This document shows, piece after piece, positions 25,289 to 31,324 of a stretch of 39,526 nucleotides of DNA. The DNA lies in contig JAADEL010000028.1 of NCBI GenBank assembly GCA_013153395.1, positions 1 to 39,526 on the forward strand, in the 5' to 3' direction. Numbering within the stretch: position 1 is the stretch's first letter; every line of letters starts with the position of its first letter. Origin of the DNA: Candidatus Micrarchaeota archaeon. GTDB lineage: Archaea > Micrarchaeota > Micrarchaeia > Anstonellales > J096. The notes beneath the pieces are model-generated. The model was not told the origin of the DNA and did not search any database. It saw only the letters and a program-made list of their open reading frames with translations. The translations under genes were made by a program, and so were the position numbers.

Positions 25289-27046
25289 ATGGATTTTACT
25301 ATAAAGGTAGGAGCGGCCGCTGGTGAAGGGGCCTTTGTAACCGGTAAGGTGCTGGGAAAGCTCTTTGCCCGCGGCGGATATCATGTGTTTGGATATCCTG
25401 AGTATCCTTCTTTGATTAGAGGCGGACACAACAGCTACCAAGTGAGAATCTCTGATGGAACAATAGAGAGCCCAAGAAGAGAAAACAACATCATCCTGGT
25501 CCTAAACCCTGATGCCTATGCCTTCCATATCGAAACATTGGCCAAGGATGGTGTGATTATCGTGGACAAGAGCTTTGCTCCAGGCAAGGACGAGAGAGAG
25601 CTTGCCCTGCCTATTGCGGATTTGATAAAAGAGGCAGGCGGAGATATGAGGATGAAGAATACCTTGCTGGTGGGCGTAACGCTAGGATTGGTAGGATATC
25701 CGTTGGAGATGTTGGAACAATTGTTGGAGGAGATCTTTGGCTCTAAGGGAGAGGAAGTAGTGAATGCCAATAAGAGAGTGGCAAGAGCAGGATATGAGAT
25801 AGGCAAGGACCACAAGAAATGGGAGATTGTTCCAAAGGGCGAGCCCAAGTATTATATTGCAGGAAATGAGGCCGCTGGGCTTGGTGCCTTGTCGGCTGGA
25901 TTGAGGTTTTATTCAGGATATCCTATGACACCTGCCTCCTCTCTGCTCCATTTCTTGATAAGCAAGAGGGGCAAGCTACCTTTGGCTGTGGTCCAATCTG
26001 AGGATGAGATTGCCGCCATAAATCAGGCAATAGGTGCTGCCTATGCGGGTGTAAGGGCGATGACAGGTTCTTCAGGAGGAGGATTTGCCCTGATGACAGA
26101 GGCAGTGGGATTGGCCGCTTTGGCAGAGATCCCGCTGGTTGTATACTTGGCTCAGAGAACAGGTCCTTCCACAGGTATGCCTACTTGGACTGAGCAAGCC
26201 GACCTTTTCCAGGTGCTTGGGGCAAGCCAAGGAGAGTTTTTGAGGATTGTGCTGGCACCTACCTCCATACCTGAAAACTATAGACTGACAGGAGAGGCTC
26301 TTAATCTTGCTGAAAAGTATCAGGTGCCTGTGTTTGTGCTTGTGGATAAGTTCCTTGCCGAGTCCAATGCCACCTTAGATAGCTTGCCACCCATCCCTAT
26401 AGAGCGAGGTCCTATTATATTGGAGGATATGGAGGAGCTTCCTTTAATGAAACGATATCCCCGCTATAAGGATACTGAGACGGGAGTTTCGCCTAGGCCA
26501 GTGCCGGGCGTAAGAGGAGGTTATCATATAGGGACCTCTTATGAGCACAGGGAAGATTCCTTCACTACGGAGGATTTTGATGAGAGGAAGAAACAGGTGG
26601 ATAAGAGGATGCGCAAGCTTGCCCATATCTTGAACGAGAGCTATCCACCTATTGTCGAAGGAAATGGAAGGGTAGCGGTGGTTGCATGGGGAAGTCAAAA
26701 GGGCCCTGTGTTTGAGGGTGCCAAGAAATACAAACGCATTGCTTTCAACTGGGTGTATCCGCTGGACAAAGAGAAGGTGAAGAAGGCCTTCGAGGGTGTG
26801 GAGAGAATAGTGGTGTTTGAGAACAATGCCACAGGATTGTTTTCCAAGCTTCTTTACATGGAGACAGGGATAAAACCTGATGCCCTTGTGCTCAAATACA
26901 CAGGAAGGCAGTTCTTCCCTGAGCAGGTAGAGCATGCTTTGGAGATGCTGGAAGAGAAGGATTTCCAATCCCCTGATCCTATCAGGTATGAGGAGGACTT
27001 TGAGAAGTATGAGTTTTATGCTCCTTGGAGATATAAGGTGAAATAA
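25289..27046 (+). CDS. 2-oxoacid:ferredoxin oxidoreductase, fused gamma-alpha subunit
   Basis: 585 aa. An N-terminal gamma-like domain (VGAAAGEG) is fused to an alpha domain (GYPMTPAS, EDEIAA). The two-subunit architecture resembles crenarchaeal-type OFOR. Confidence 0.85.
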   Translation: MDFTIKVGAAAGEGAFVTGKVLGKLFARGGYHVFGYPEYPSLIRGGHNSYQVRISDGTIESPRRENNIILVLNPDAYAFHIETLAKDGVIIVDKSFAPGKDERELALPIADLIKEAGGDMRMKNTLLVGVTLGLVGYPLEMLEQLLEEIFGSKGEEVVNANKRVARAGYEIGKDHKKWEIVPKGEPKYYIAGNEAAGLGALSAGLRFYSGYPMTPASSLLHFLISKRGKLPLAVVQSEDEIAAINQAIGAAYAGVRAMTGSSGGGFALMTEAVGLAALAEIPLVVYLAQRTGPSTGMPTWTEQADLFQVLGASQGEFLRIVLAPTSIPENYRLTGEALNLAEKYQVPVFVLVDKFLAESNATLDSLPPIPIERGPIILEDMEELPLMKRYPRYKDTETGVSPRPVPGVRGGYHIGTSYEHREDSFTTEDFDERKKQVDKRMRKLAHILNESYPPIVEGNGRVAVVAWGSQKGPVFEGAKKYKRIAFNWVYPLDKEKVKKAFEGVERIVVFENNATGLFSKLLYMETGIKPDALVLKYTGRQFFPEQVEHALEMLEEKDFQSPDPIRYEEDFEKYEFYAPWRYKVK

Positions 27047-27047
27047 A

Positions 27048-27902
27048 ATGATGGAGTTTAACACACCTGAAAAGCCGCAGTGGTGTCCTGGCTGTGGTGA
27101 TTACGGAATACACACTGCATTAAAGCAGGCATTGCATGAAGTAGGTGCCCATCCTAAGGATACAGTGATAGTAAGCGGTATTGGCTGTGGTAGCAAGATC
27201 CCCAACTATGTGAGAAGCTATGGACTAGAGGGATTGCACGGCAGGGTGATCCCAACAAGCGTGGGCATAAAGATTGCCAATCCTGAGCTCACCGTTATCG
27301 GCATAGGAGGAGACGGAGATGGATTTAGTGAGGGAGGAAACCATTTCATCCATGGCGCAAGAGAGAACTTTGATATTGTGTATATTGTCCAAGACAACCA
27401 CATCTATGGATTAACTACTGGACAAGCTTCTCCCACTACTCCTAAGGGAATGAAAACCAAGACCACACCAGACGGAAACATGATTAATGAGTTTAGGCCA
27501 GTGCCTATGGCCTTAGTGGCAGGGGCAACCTTTGTAGCAACTGCCTTTGCCGGAGATATCATGCACTTGAAGGAGGTGATAAAGGAGGCAATTGCCCACA
27601 AGGGATTTGCCTTTATAGATGTCTATCAGCCTTGTGTGACATGGAACAAGCTTAACACCTACGACTGGTATCGTGAGAGAGTGTATAAAACAACTCATGA
27701 CCCTAGCGACTGGAACCAAGCATGGGAGAAGGCTTGGGAACCTTATGTCACCGACTTTGAGAAGATCCCTCTTGGAGTGATCTACAAGAAGGAAAGAGAG
27801 ATTGCCGACGATTTCTTCTCTCCTGGCCGAAAGAACCTAGTGAAGGAGCCTCTGGATCCCAACGGCATTGACGTCTCCTTCCTAGCGAAAGAGTTCCTAT
27901 AA
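27048..27902 (+). CDS. 2-oxoacid:ferredoxin oxidoreductase beta subunit (TPP-binding)
   Basis: 284 aa. WCPGCGD, SGIGCGS, GGDGDG and DNHIYGLTTGQ are present. Confidence 0.9.
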   Translation: MMEFNTPEKPQWCPGCGDYGIHTALKQALHEVGAHPKDTVIVSGIGCGSKIPNYVRSYGLEGLHGRVIPTSVGIKIANPELTVIGIGGDGDGFSEGGNHFIHGARENFDIVYIVQDNHIYGLTTGQASPTTPKGMKTKTTPDGNMINEFRPVPMALVAGATFVATAFAGDIMHLKEVIKEAIAHKGFAFIDVYQPCVTWNKLNTYDWYRERVYKTTHDPSDWNQAWEKAWEPYVTDFEKIPLGVIYKKEREIADDFFSPGRKNLVKEPLDPNGIDVSFLAKEFL

Positions 27903-27935
27903 AGGGGCAAGGCGCCTATTAGTTCCGCCCCTTTA
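27900..27935. repeat. Hairpin L1 of the AAAGGGGC/GCCCCTTT family (possible terminator of the OFOR beta gene)
   Basis: TAAAGGGGC - 18-nt loop - GCCCCTTTA forms a perfect 9-bp stem. The stop codon TAA of 27048..27902 lies in the 5' arm. Confidence 0.7.
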
Positions 27936-27960
27936 AGGTGCCTAACAGGGTCCGGGGTTT
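27936..27960. repeat. Left arm of the 25-bp imperfect inverted repeat flanking the ATPase gene
   Basis: The sequence is AGGTGCCTAACAGGGTCCGGGGTTT. The reverse complement of 29372-29396 is AGGTGCCTAACAGGATTCGGGGTTT, identical at 23 of 25 positions. Weaker similarity extends to about 27927-27971. Confidence 0.8.
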
Positions 27961-27961
27961 G

Positions 27962-27998
27962 ATAAAGGGGCGGTTCAAAAGGTGTCTTGCCCCTTTAT
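27962..27998. repeat. Hairpin L2 of the same family (possible terminator of the ATPase gene)
   Basis: ATAAAGGGGC - 17-nt loop - GCCCCTTTAT forms a perfect 10-bp stem. The ATPase stop codon (27995-27997) lies in the 3' arm. Confidence 0.7.
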
Positions 27999-29185
27999 TG
28001 TTGGGATAATTTCCAAAAGGGAATTGCTTCAATCTCTCCGAAAGATTGCTCTTGGTTATAGGTAATAATAATGCCTTTTTTATCTGGGTTGAGATCTAAA
28101 TAATGGCGAAGGGATTTTAGCTCTCTTTCTAGATTGTCGCCTAAATTGTAGCTAACCTGGATAGCATGAGAGGGTGTTATAAAATCTACCTCGGCATTTT
28201 CCGCTCTCCAATAATGAAGCCTCTTATATTTTCGGAATAGTTCCACCGCCACTGCATTTTCTAACAACTTGCCCCATCCATCTTGAAAAAGTGATAGGTA
28301 ACCGTTGTCTATGAAATAGCTTTTTCTATACATCTCTTTTTTCAAGAAGGACTGCTTTTCTCTGTAAGACGTTAAAAATAACCACGCATTCTCTAAATAT
28401 TTGTAATAATTAATCAAGGATTTTGGTGAAATAGATATATTCAAGCTTTTCAATTTTTTGCTTATGGAGAGAAAAGAGTATTCTTTTCCTATGTTTTCCG
28501 CGAGTTTTTTGATTAAAAGCTCTAAAAGCGCTTCTTCTCTTATGTCATATCTTTTGACTACATCTTGGAGTATGGTAGATTGGAAATAAAGTCTAAGCAG
28601 CTCCTCTTTCCGATTACTGTTAACCACGCCGGGGAAACCGCCATAATATAGGTAATCATCAACCAAATGATATTTTTCTGGAACATAAGGGAAGTTGGTC
28701 ACTCCTTTAAATCGTAAATACTCGCGGAATGAAAGAGGGAGAATGGTTATTTCCCAATATCTGCCTGCTAACACAGTTGAGAACTCACCGCTTAATAGAT
28801 TAGAATTAGAACCTGTGATATATACTTCATACCCGTCGTTTAACAATCTCCGTATGAACCGCTCCCAATTAGGAGCGTTCTGAATCTCATCAAAGAAAAA
28901 GATGGGCTCTTGATCCGGATATAAGGAGTAGTAGGCACTCACAATCTCCTCTAGATTTCTTAGGTCCATCAGCCTATAATCCTCAAAGTCCAAATATACA
29001 TACCTTGTAATAGGCTCCTTTAAGCTATCCATAATCTGATATAAAAAATAGGTCTTTCCTGCACGCCTAGGCCCTGTAATCACTTTCACCAATCCCTTTT
29101 CGTCAGGAATCTCTATTTCCCTTGGGATATATTCAGGTATGCCTTTTTTATGGAAGTTTATTATCAACTCCTTTATTACCTCCAC
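27995..29185 (-). CDS. COG1373-type AAA+ ATPase (AAA_14) with C-terminal DUF4143 (PD-(D/E)xK-like) domain
   Basis: 396 aa with a GTG start. Walker A is GPRRAGKTY and Walker B is IFFFDEIQ. The C terminus ENAVAVELFR...YWRAENAEVDFI...IQVSY fits the nuclease-like DUF4143 pattern. Confidence 0.8.
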   Translation of the reverse strand: MEVIKELIINFHKKGIPEYIPREIEIPDEKGLVKVITGPRRAGKTYFLYQIMDSLKEPITRYVYLDFEDYRLMDLRNLEEIVSAYYSLYPDQEPIFFFDEIQNAPNWERFIRRLLNDGYEVYITGSNSNLLSGEFSTVLAGRYWEITILPLSFREYLRFKGVTNFPYVPEKYHLVDDYLYYGGFPGVVNSNRKEELLRLYFQSTILQDVVKRYDIREEALLELLIKKLAENIGKEYSFLSISKKLKSLNISISPKSLINYYKYLENAWLFLTSYREKQSFLKKEMYRKSYFIDNGYLSLFQDGWGKLLENAVAVELFRKYKRLHYWRAENAEVDFITPSHAIQVSYNLGDNLERELKSLRHYLDLNPDKKGIIITYNQEQSFGEIEAIPFWKLSQQ

Positions 29186-29205
29186 ATTTATTAACGAAGG
29201 AAAGT

Positions 29206-29213
29206 TTATTTAA
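29206..29213 (-). promoter_or_regulatory. TATA box for the ATPase gene
   Basis: The minus-strand sequence TTAAATAA is centred 24.5 nt upstream of the GTG at 29185. Confidence 0.4.
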
Positions 29214-29214
29214 G

Positions 29215-29231
29215 TTTTCCCCAAAGGAAAA
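29215..29231. promoter_or_regulatory. Palindromic operator-like site 1 (TTTTCC-N5-GGAAAA) abutting the ATPase TATA box
   Basis: The sequence TTTTCCCCAAAGGAAAA lies immediately upstream (in the gene sense) of the TTAAATAA box at 29206-29213. Confidence 0.4.
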
Positions 29232-29246
29232 ATATTTCAAGAAAAA

Positions 29247-29264
29247 TTTTCCCCACAAGGAAAA
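29247..29264. promoter_or_regulatory. Palindromic operator-like site 2 (TTTTCC-N6-GGAAAA)
   Basis: The sequence TTTTCCCCACAAGGAAAA lies 32 bp from site 1. The 14-mer AATTTTCCCCACAA recurs at 32796-32809. Confidence 0.4.
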
Positions 29265-29288
29265 TCTTTTTTACAACGTCTTTTTCAA

Positions 29289-29296
29289 CTATAAAG
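29289..29296 (+). promoter_or_regulatory. Orphan TATA-like element at the edge of the structured non-coding region
   Basis: CTATAAAG has no ORF start 25 nt downstream. It would place a transcription start near 29318-29320, inside the hairpin-rich region. Confidence 0.2.
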
Positions 29297-29329
29297 GAGG
29301 CCGGCTAAGAGGGTTCATGCCCCCTTTAT
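29291..29329. repeat. Hairpin R1 of the same family
   Basis: ATAAAGGAGGC - 17-nt loop - GCCCCCTTTAT pairs at 10 of 11 positions. Confidence 0.6.
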
Positions 29330-29333
29330 CAAA

Positions 29334-29370
29334 TAAAAGGGCTAGGCGCTCTTACTCCCCTGCCCTTTTA
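29334..29370. repeat. Hairpin R2 of the same family
   Basis: TAAAAGGGC - 19-nt loop - GCCCTTTTA forms a perfect 9-bp stem. Its loop TAGGCGCTCTTACTCCCCT resembles the L1 loop AAGGCGCCTATTAGTTCC in the same orientation. Confidence 0.65.
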
Positions 29371-29371
29371 A

Positions 29372-29396
29372 AAACCCCGAATCCTGTTAGGCACCT
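29372..29396. repeat. Right arm of the 25-bp imperfect inverted repeat flanking the ATPase gene
   Basis: The sequence is AAACCCCGAATCCTGTTAGGCACCT, which pairs with 27936-27960. Weaker similarity extends to about 29361-29405. Confidence 0.8.
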
Positions 29397-29415
29397 AATG
29401 GGGTTCAGGGTTGTT

Positions 29416-29451
29416 GAAAGGGTGGCCACCTATCTGGGTTCACACCCTTTC
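29416..29451. repeat. Hairpin R3, related architecture
   Basis: GAAAGGGTG - 18-nt loop - CACCCTTTC forms a perfect 9-bp stem. Confidence 0.6.
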
Positions 29452-29544
29452 ACAGGGTTGTCGGAAGGGGCATGTTATTAGGGTCCGTGTCCCTTGCGCG
29501 GGGTTCTTGAAAGAACCGGCGCATTCTCCAGCAGAAAAGATAGG

Positions 29545-29552
29545 TTTATAAA
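29545..29552 (+). promoter_or_regulatory. Palindromic TATA box for the RDD gene
   Basis: TTTATAAA is centred 25.5 nt upstream of the ATG at 29574. Being palindromic, it could also fire leftwards into the structured region, with a start near 29522. Confidence 0.45.
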
Positions 29553-29573
29553 GTGTTTGGGAGGGTGTGTATT

Positions 29574-29930
29574 ATGAACACAAAATTGAAAAGGATAGCA
29601 GCCTATGTGATAGATTTGATAGCCTTGGGTTTTATTAACGGCATAGTGATGTCTTACCTGGGTTTTTTGGGAGTAATAGGGTTTATCTTGACAAAGTTTC
29701 TGTATGACCCATTGTTTCACCTTATAGGCTGGAAAGGACAGAGTTTAGGAAAGAAGTTGCTAGGATTGCGGGTGGTAAAAAGCACTGGCCAGCTCACGTT
29801 GGCGGATCTAGCTGTCCGAAGCTTCCTAAGGTTCTGTATGCTTACCGCATTAATTTCCTTTATACTCTGGCTGGTAGAAAAGGAGACCTTGCATGACAAG
29901 ATTGTGAAAACTAGAGTAGTGGAAGAATAA
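29574..29930 (+). CDS. RDD family membrane protein
   Basis: The track ORF starts at 29553. The ATG at 29574 (MNTKLKRIAAYVIDLIALGF...) lies 25.5 nt from the TTTATAAA box. LGKKLLGLRVV is typical of RDD proteins, and there are three TM spans. Confidence 0.7.
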   Translation: MNTKLKRIAAYVIDLIALGFINGIVMSYLGFLGVIGFILTKFLYDPLFHLIGWKGQSLGKKLLGLRVVKSTGQLTLADLAVRSFLRFCMLTALISFILWLVEKETLHDKIVKTRVVEE

Positions 29931-31107
29931 GCTTCTCGTATTTTTCTTTTATTTCTTTTAGGAGCTGGGGTGTGCTTGCCTCTATTGTTAGTCTTATGAG
30001 ATCCTCAGTTCCGCTTGGCCTTATAAGGACCTTATAATCTTCTTTCTCTATCAAGATGCCATCAATATCGGAGAAATCCTCTTGAATAAGGGATTTGAGC
30101 TTCTCCATTACTTGATGTTTTTGGGTAGTGGGATAGTTGGAACGTTCCACAGGATAGGGTTTTATATGGGGAAGTTCAAGCATGCCCTGGGACTCCATCT
30201 CGGTTAAGAGGGCGGTAGAGGCAATTCCATCGGGCACATAGGAGATCTCAGGAAAGATATATTCTCCGTTAGGCTCGCCCCCAAAGCTATCCTTGTATTT
30301 CATGAGCTCGTATCCTACAAAGGTAGAGCCCACCGGCACAATCCTTATATGAGGATAAAATTGTTTAAGGTAGTTAAGAAGGTATTTGGGGAGCTCAACA
30401 GTTGCTACCAAGGTCTTTTTGCCCTTTTGCTCGGCCATATAGCGGGCCACCATCGCAAACAATAGATCCCCTGATATGGGCTTACCGTCTTTGAAAAGAA
30501 CTACTCGGTCTCCGTCAGCATCATAGGCAAAGCCCTCTTCAAGGGAAAGTTTGCTAGGCTCGCTCTCCCTCACCATCTTAGGCACGTTGTTTATAAGGGA
30601 AAAGCGCTCGGTGCTCTCTTTAGCATACCAGGTGAAAAAGGTCTGAACAGCTGAATTAACCTCAAACACACGACCTTCGAAGGAGAACTCAAATACCTCT
30701 AAGGCATCCAGATAATCGCTGAAAATCTCCTCTTGATAATAATGGCCAGCTCCTGCCTCATACAGGGGCTCAGTAAGAAAGCCCGCCTCGGTTTTCATGA
30801 GCTCCCTCTTTTCTTTGATAAACTTAACGCCGTTGTGATTTAAGGGGTTGTGAGAGGCCGTTATCATGATTCCCACTCCTGCAAAGCCCATTATGCCGGT
30901 GCTCACTATGCCAAGGTCATAGACATCTACCCCTGCACTTAAGGCTCCTGCCGAAGCTGCCTTAGCCAATGGTAAAGAGCTCTCTCTTAGATCCCTTCCT
31001 ATATAAATATAATCAAACTCTTGGGCAAACTTGTTTACCCATTCATATACAGAGCTCCCTTTTATCTTTTCACCATAAACGCCTCTTATACCAGAAGTGC
31101 CTAGCAT
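29911..31107 (-). CDS. Phosphoglucomutase/phosphomannomutase-family enzyme (GlmM-like, short)
   Basis: 398 aa. GTSGIRG, TASHNPLNHNGVKF (active-site Ser), DADGDR and RPSGTE are present. Confidence 0.85.
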   Translation of the reverse strand: MLGTSGIRGVYGEKIKGSSVYEWVNKFAQEFDYIYIGRDLRESSLPLAKAASAGALSAGVDVYDLGIVSTGIMGFAGVGIMITASHNPLNHNGVKFIKEKRELMKTEAGFLTEPLYEAGAGHYYQEEIFSDYLDALEVFEFSFEGRVFEVNSAVQTFFTWYAKESTERFSLINNVPKMVRESEPSKLSLEEGFAYDADGDRVVLFKDGKPISGDLLFAMVARYMAEQKGKKTLVATVELPKYLLNYLKQFYPHIRIVPVGSTFVGYELMKYKDSFGGEPNGEYIFPEISYVPDGIASTALLTEMESQGMLELPHIKPYPVERSNYPTTQKHQVMEKLKSLIQEDFSDIDGILIEKEDYKVLIRPSGTEDLIRLTIEASTPQLLKEIKEKYEKLILPLL

Positions 31108-31128
31108 GCCTTTATTTTGGGCTTAAAA

Positions 31129-31136
31129 CTTTAAAT
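31129..31136 (-). promoter_or_regulatory. TATA box for the PGM/PMM-family gene
   Basis: The minus-strand sequence ATTTAAAG is centred 25.5 nt upstream of the ATG at 31107. Confidence 0.4.
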
Positions 31137-31141
31137 GGGCT

Positions 31142-31163
31142 GGGGGGAGGGGGGTCATTTCCA
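31142..31163. repeat. G-tract arm of the 22-nt inverted repeat in the divergent promoter region
   Basis: GGGGGGAGGGGGGTCATTTCCA pairs with 31272-31293 (18 Watson-Crick pairs, 2 G-T pairs, 2 mismatches by hand alignment). Confidence 0.75.
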
Positions 31164-31271
31164 GTCCCAGGGAGGTCCTGTCCAATGCCAAAATCCCTTA
31201 TTTATATGGTGGTAAAAAGTGGTTTTTAGTGATTATAACTAAGGTTGGTTGAGTAAAAACCGAAATGGTAT

Positions 31272-31293
31272 TGGAAATTACCCCTCCCCCTCC
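31272..31293. repeat. C-tract arm of the 22-nt inverted repeat
   Basis: The sequence TGGAAATTACCCCTCCCCCTCC is directly followed by TTTATAAG, the TATA box of gene A. Confidence 0.75.
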
Positions 31294-31301
31294 TTTATAA
31301 G
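31294..31301 (+). promoter_or_regulatory. TATA box for gene A
   Basis: TTTATAAG is centred 27.5 nt upstream of the ATG at 31325. Confidence 0.45.
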
Positions 31302-31324
31302 CGCAACCTAACATAAATTAACAT

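Noticed and set aside
26444-27064. A 206-aa minus-strand ORF inside the OFOR alpha gene. Similar antisense ORFs include 585..869, 1257..1637, 13976..14506, 14567..15007, 19120..19596, 21832..22260, 34121..34618, 34795..35292 and 38746..39290.
   Set aside because: All lie wholly inside strongly supported genes on the opposite strand and have low-complexity or odd composition (rich in Ser, Leu, Pro, His and Cys). They are shadow ORFs.
29311-29442. GGGTTCA strings (29311, 29401, 29436; also GGTTCAAAA at 27973) looked like tRNA T-loops, suggesting tRNA fragments or integration att sites.
   Set aside because: None has a complementary 5-bp T stem around a TTCRANY loop. No acceptor, D or anticodon arms can be built around them. 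The flanking repeats are inverted or only ~70 percent similar, not the identical direct repeats expected of att sites.
27900-29451. Could the repeated GC-rich hairpins be a CRISPR array?
   Set aside because: Only the ~9-bp stem halves recur. The units are self-complementary hairpins with irregular spacing. A 1.2-kb protein gene sits in the middle, and there is no 24-40 nt direct repeat alternating with unique spacers. No cas genes are present in the window.
29290-29535. Assigning the structured spacer as SRP RNA or RNase P RNA.
   Set aside because: Only short, low-information resemblances are present: a GGAA-capped stem, GAAAGGGUG, and CCGG-containing terminal pairing. I could not find the SRP helix-8 AGCA loop context or the RNase P GGAAAGUCC-type CR-I element. 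It is kept as a finding to test, not as a feature.
29553-29573. Upstream start of the RDD gene at 29553.
   Set aside because: That ATG lies immediately after the TATA box at 29545-29552. The ATG at 29574 has the standard 25.5-nt spacing and gives a typical RDD N terminus.
27903-29573. Transposase or integrase associated with the inverted repeat.
   Set aside because: The only ORF between the arms is the AAA+/DUF4143 protein. No DDE, HUH, serine- or tyrosine-recombinase motifs were seen in any frame, and no target-site duplication is visible. Calling it an IS element is therefore not justified.
30969-31229. An 86-aa plus-strand ORF spanning the G-tract, and a 26-aa ORF from 31134.
   Set aside because: The first is mostly antisense to the PGM/PMM gene, and its Gly-run merely translates the G-tract. 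The second is short, with no promoter geometry. Neither has a plausible protein signature.
31142-31293. GC-rich complementary segments resembling the guide sequences that join split tRNA halves in Nanoarchaeum.
   Set aside because: No tRNA half (D arm plus anticodon stem, or T arm plus acceptor 3' strand) is adjacent to either arm on either strand.
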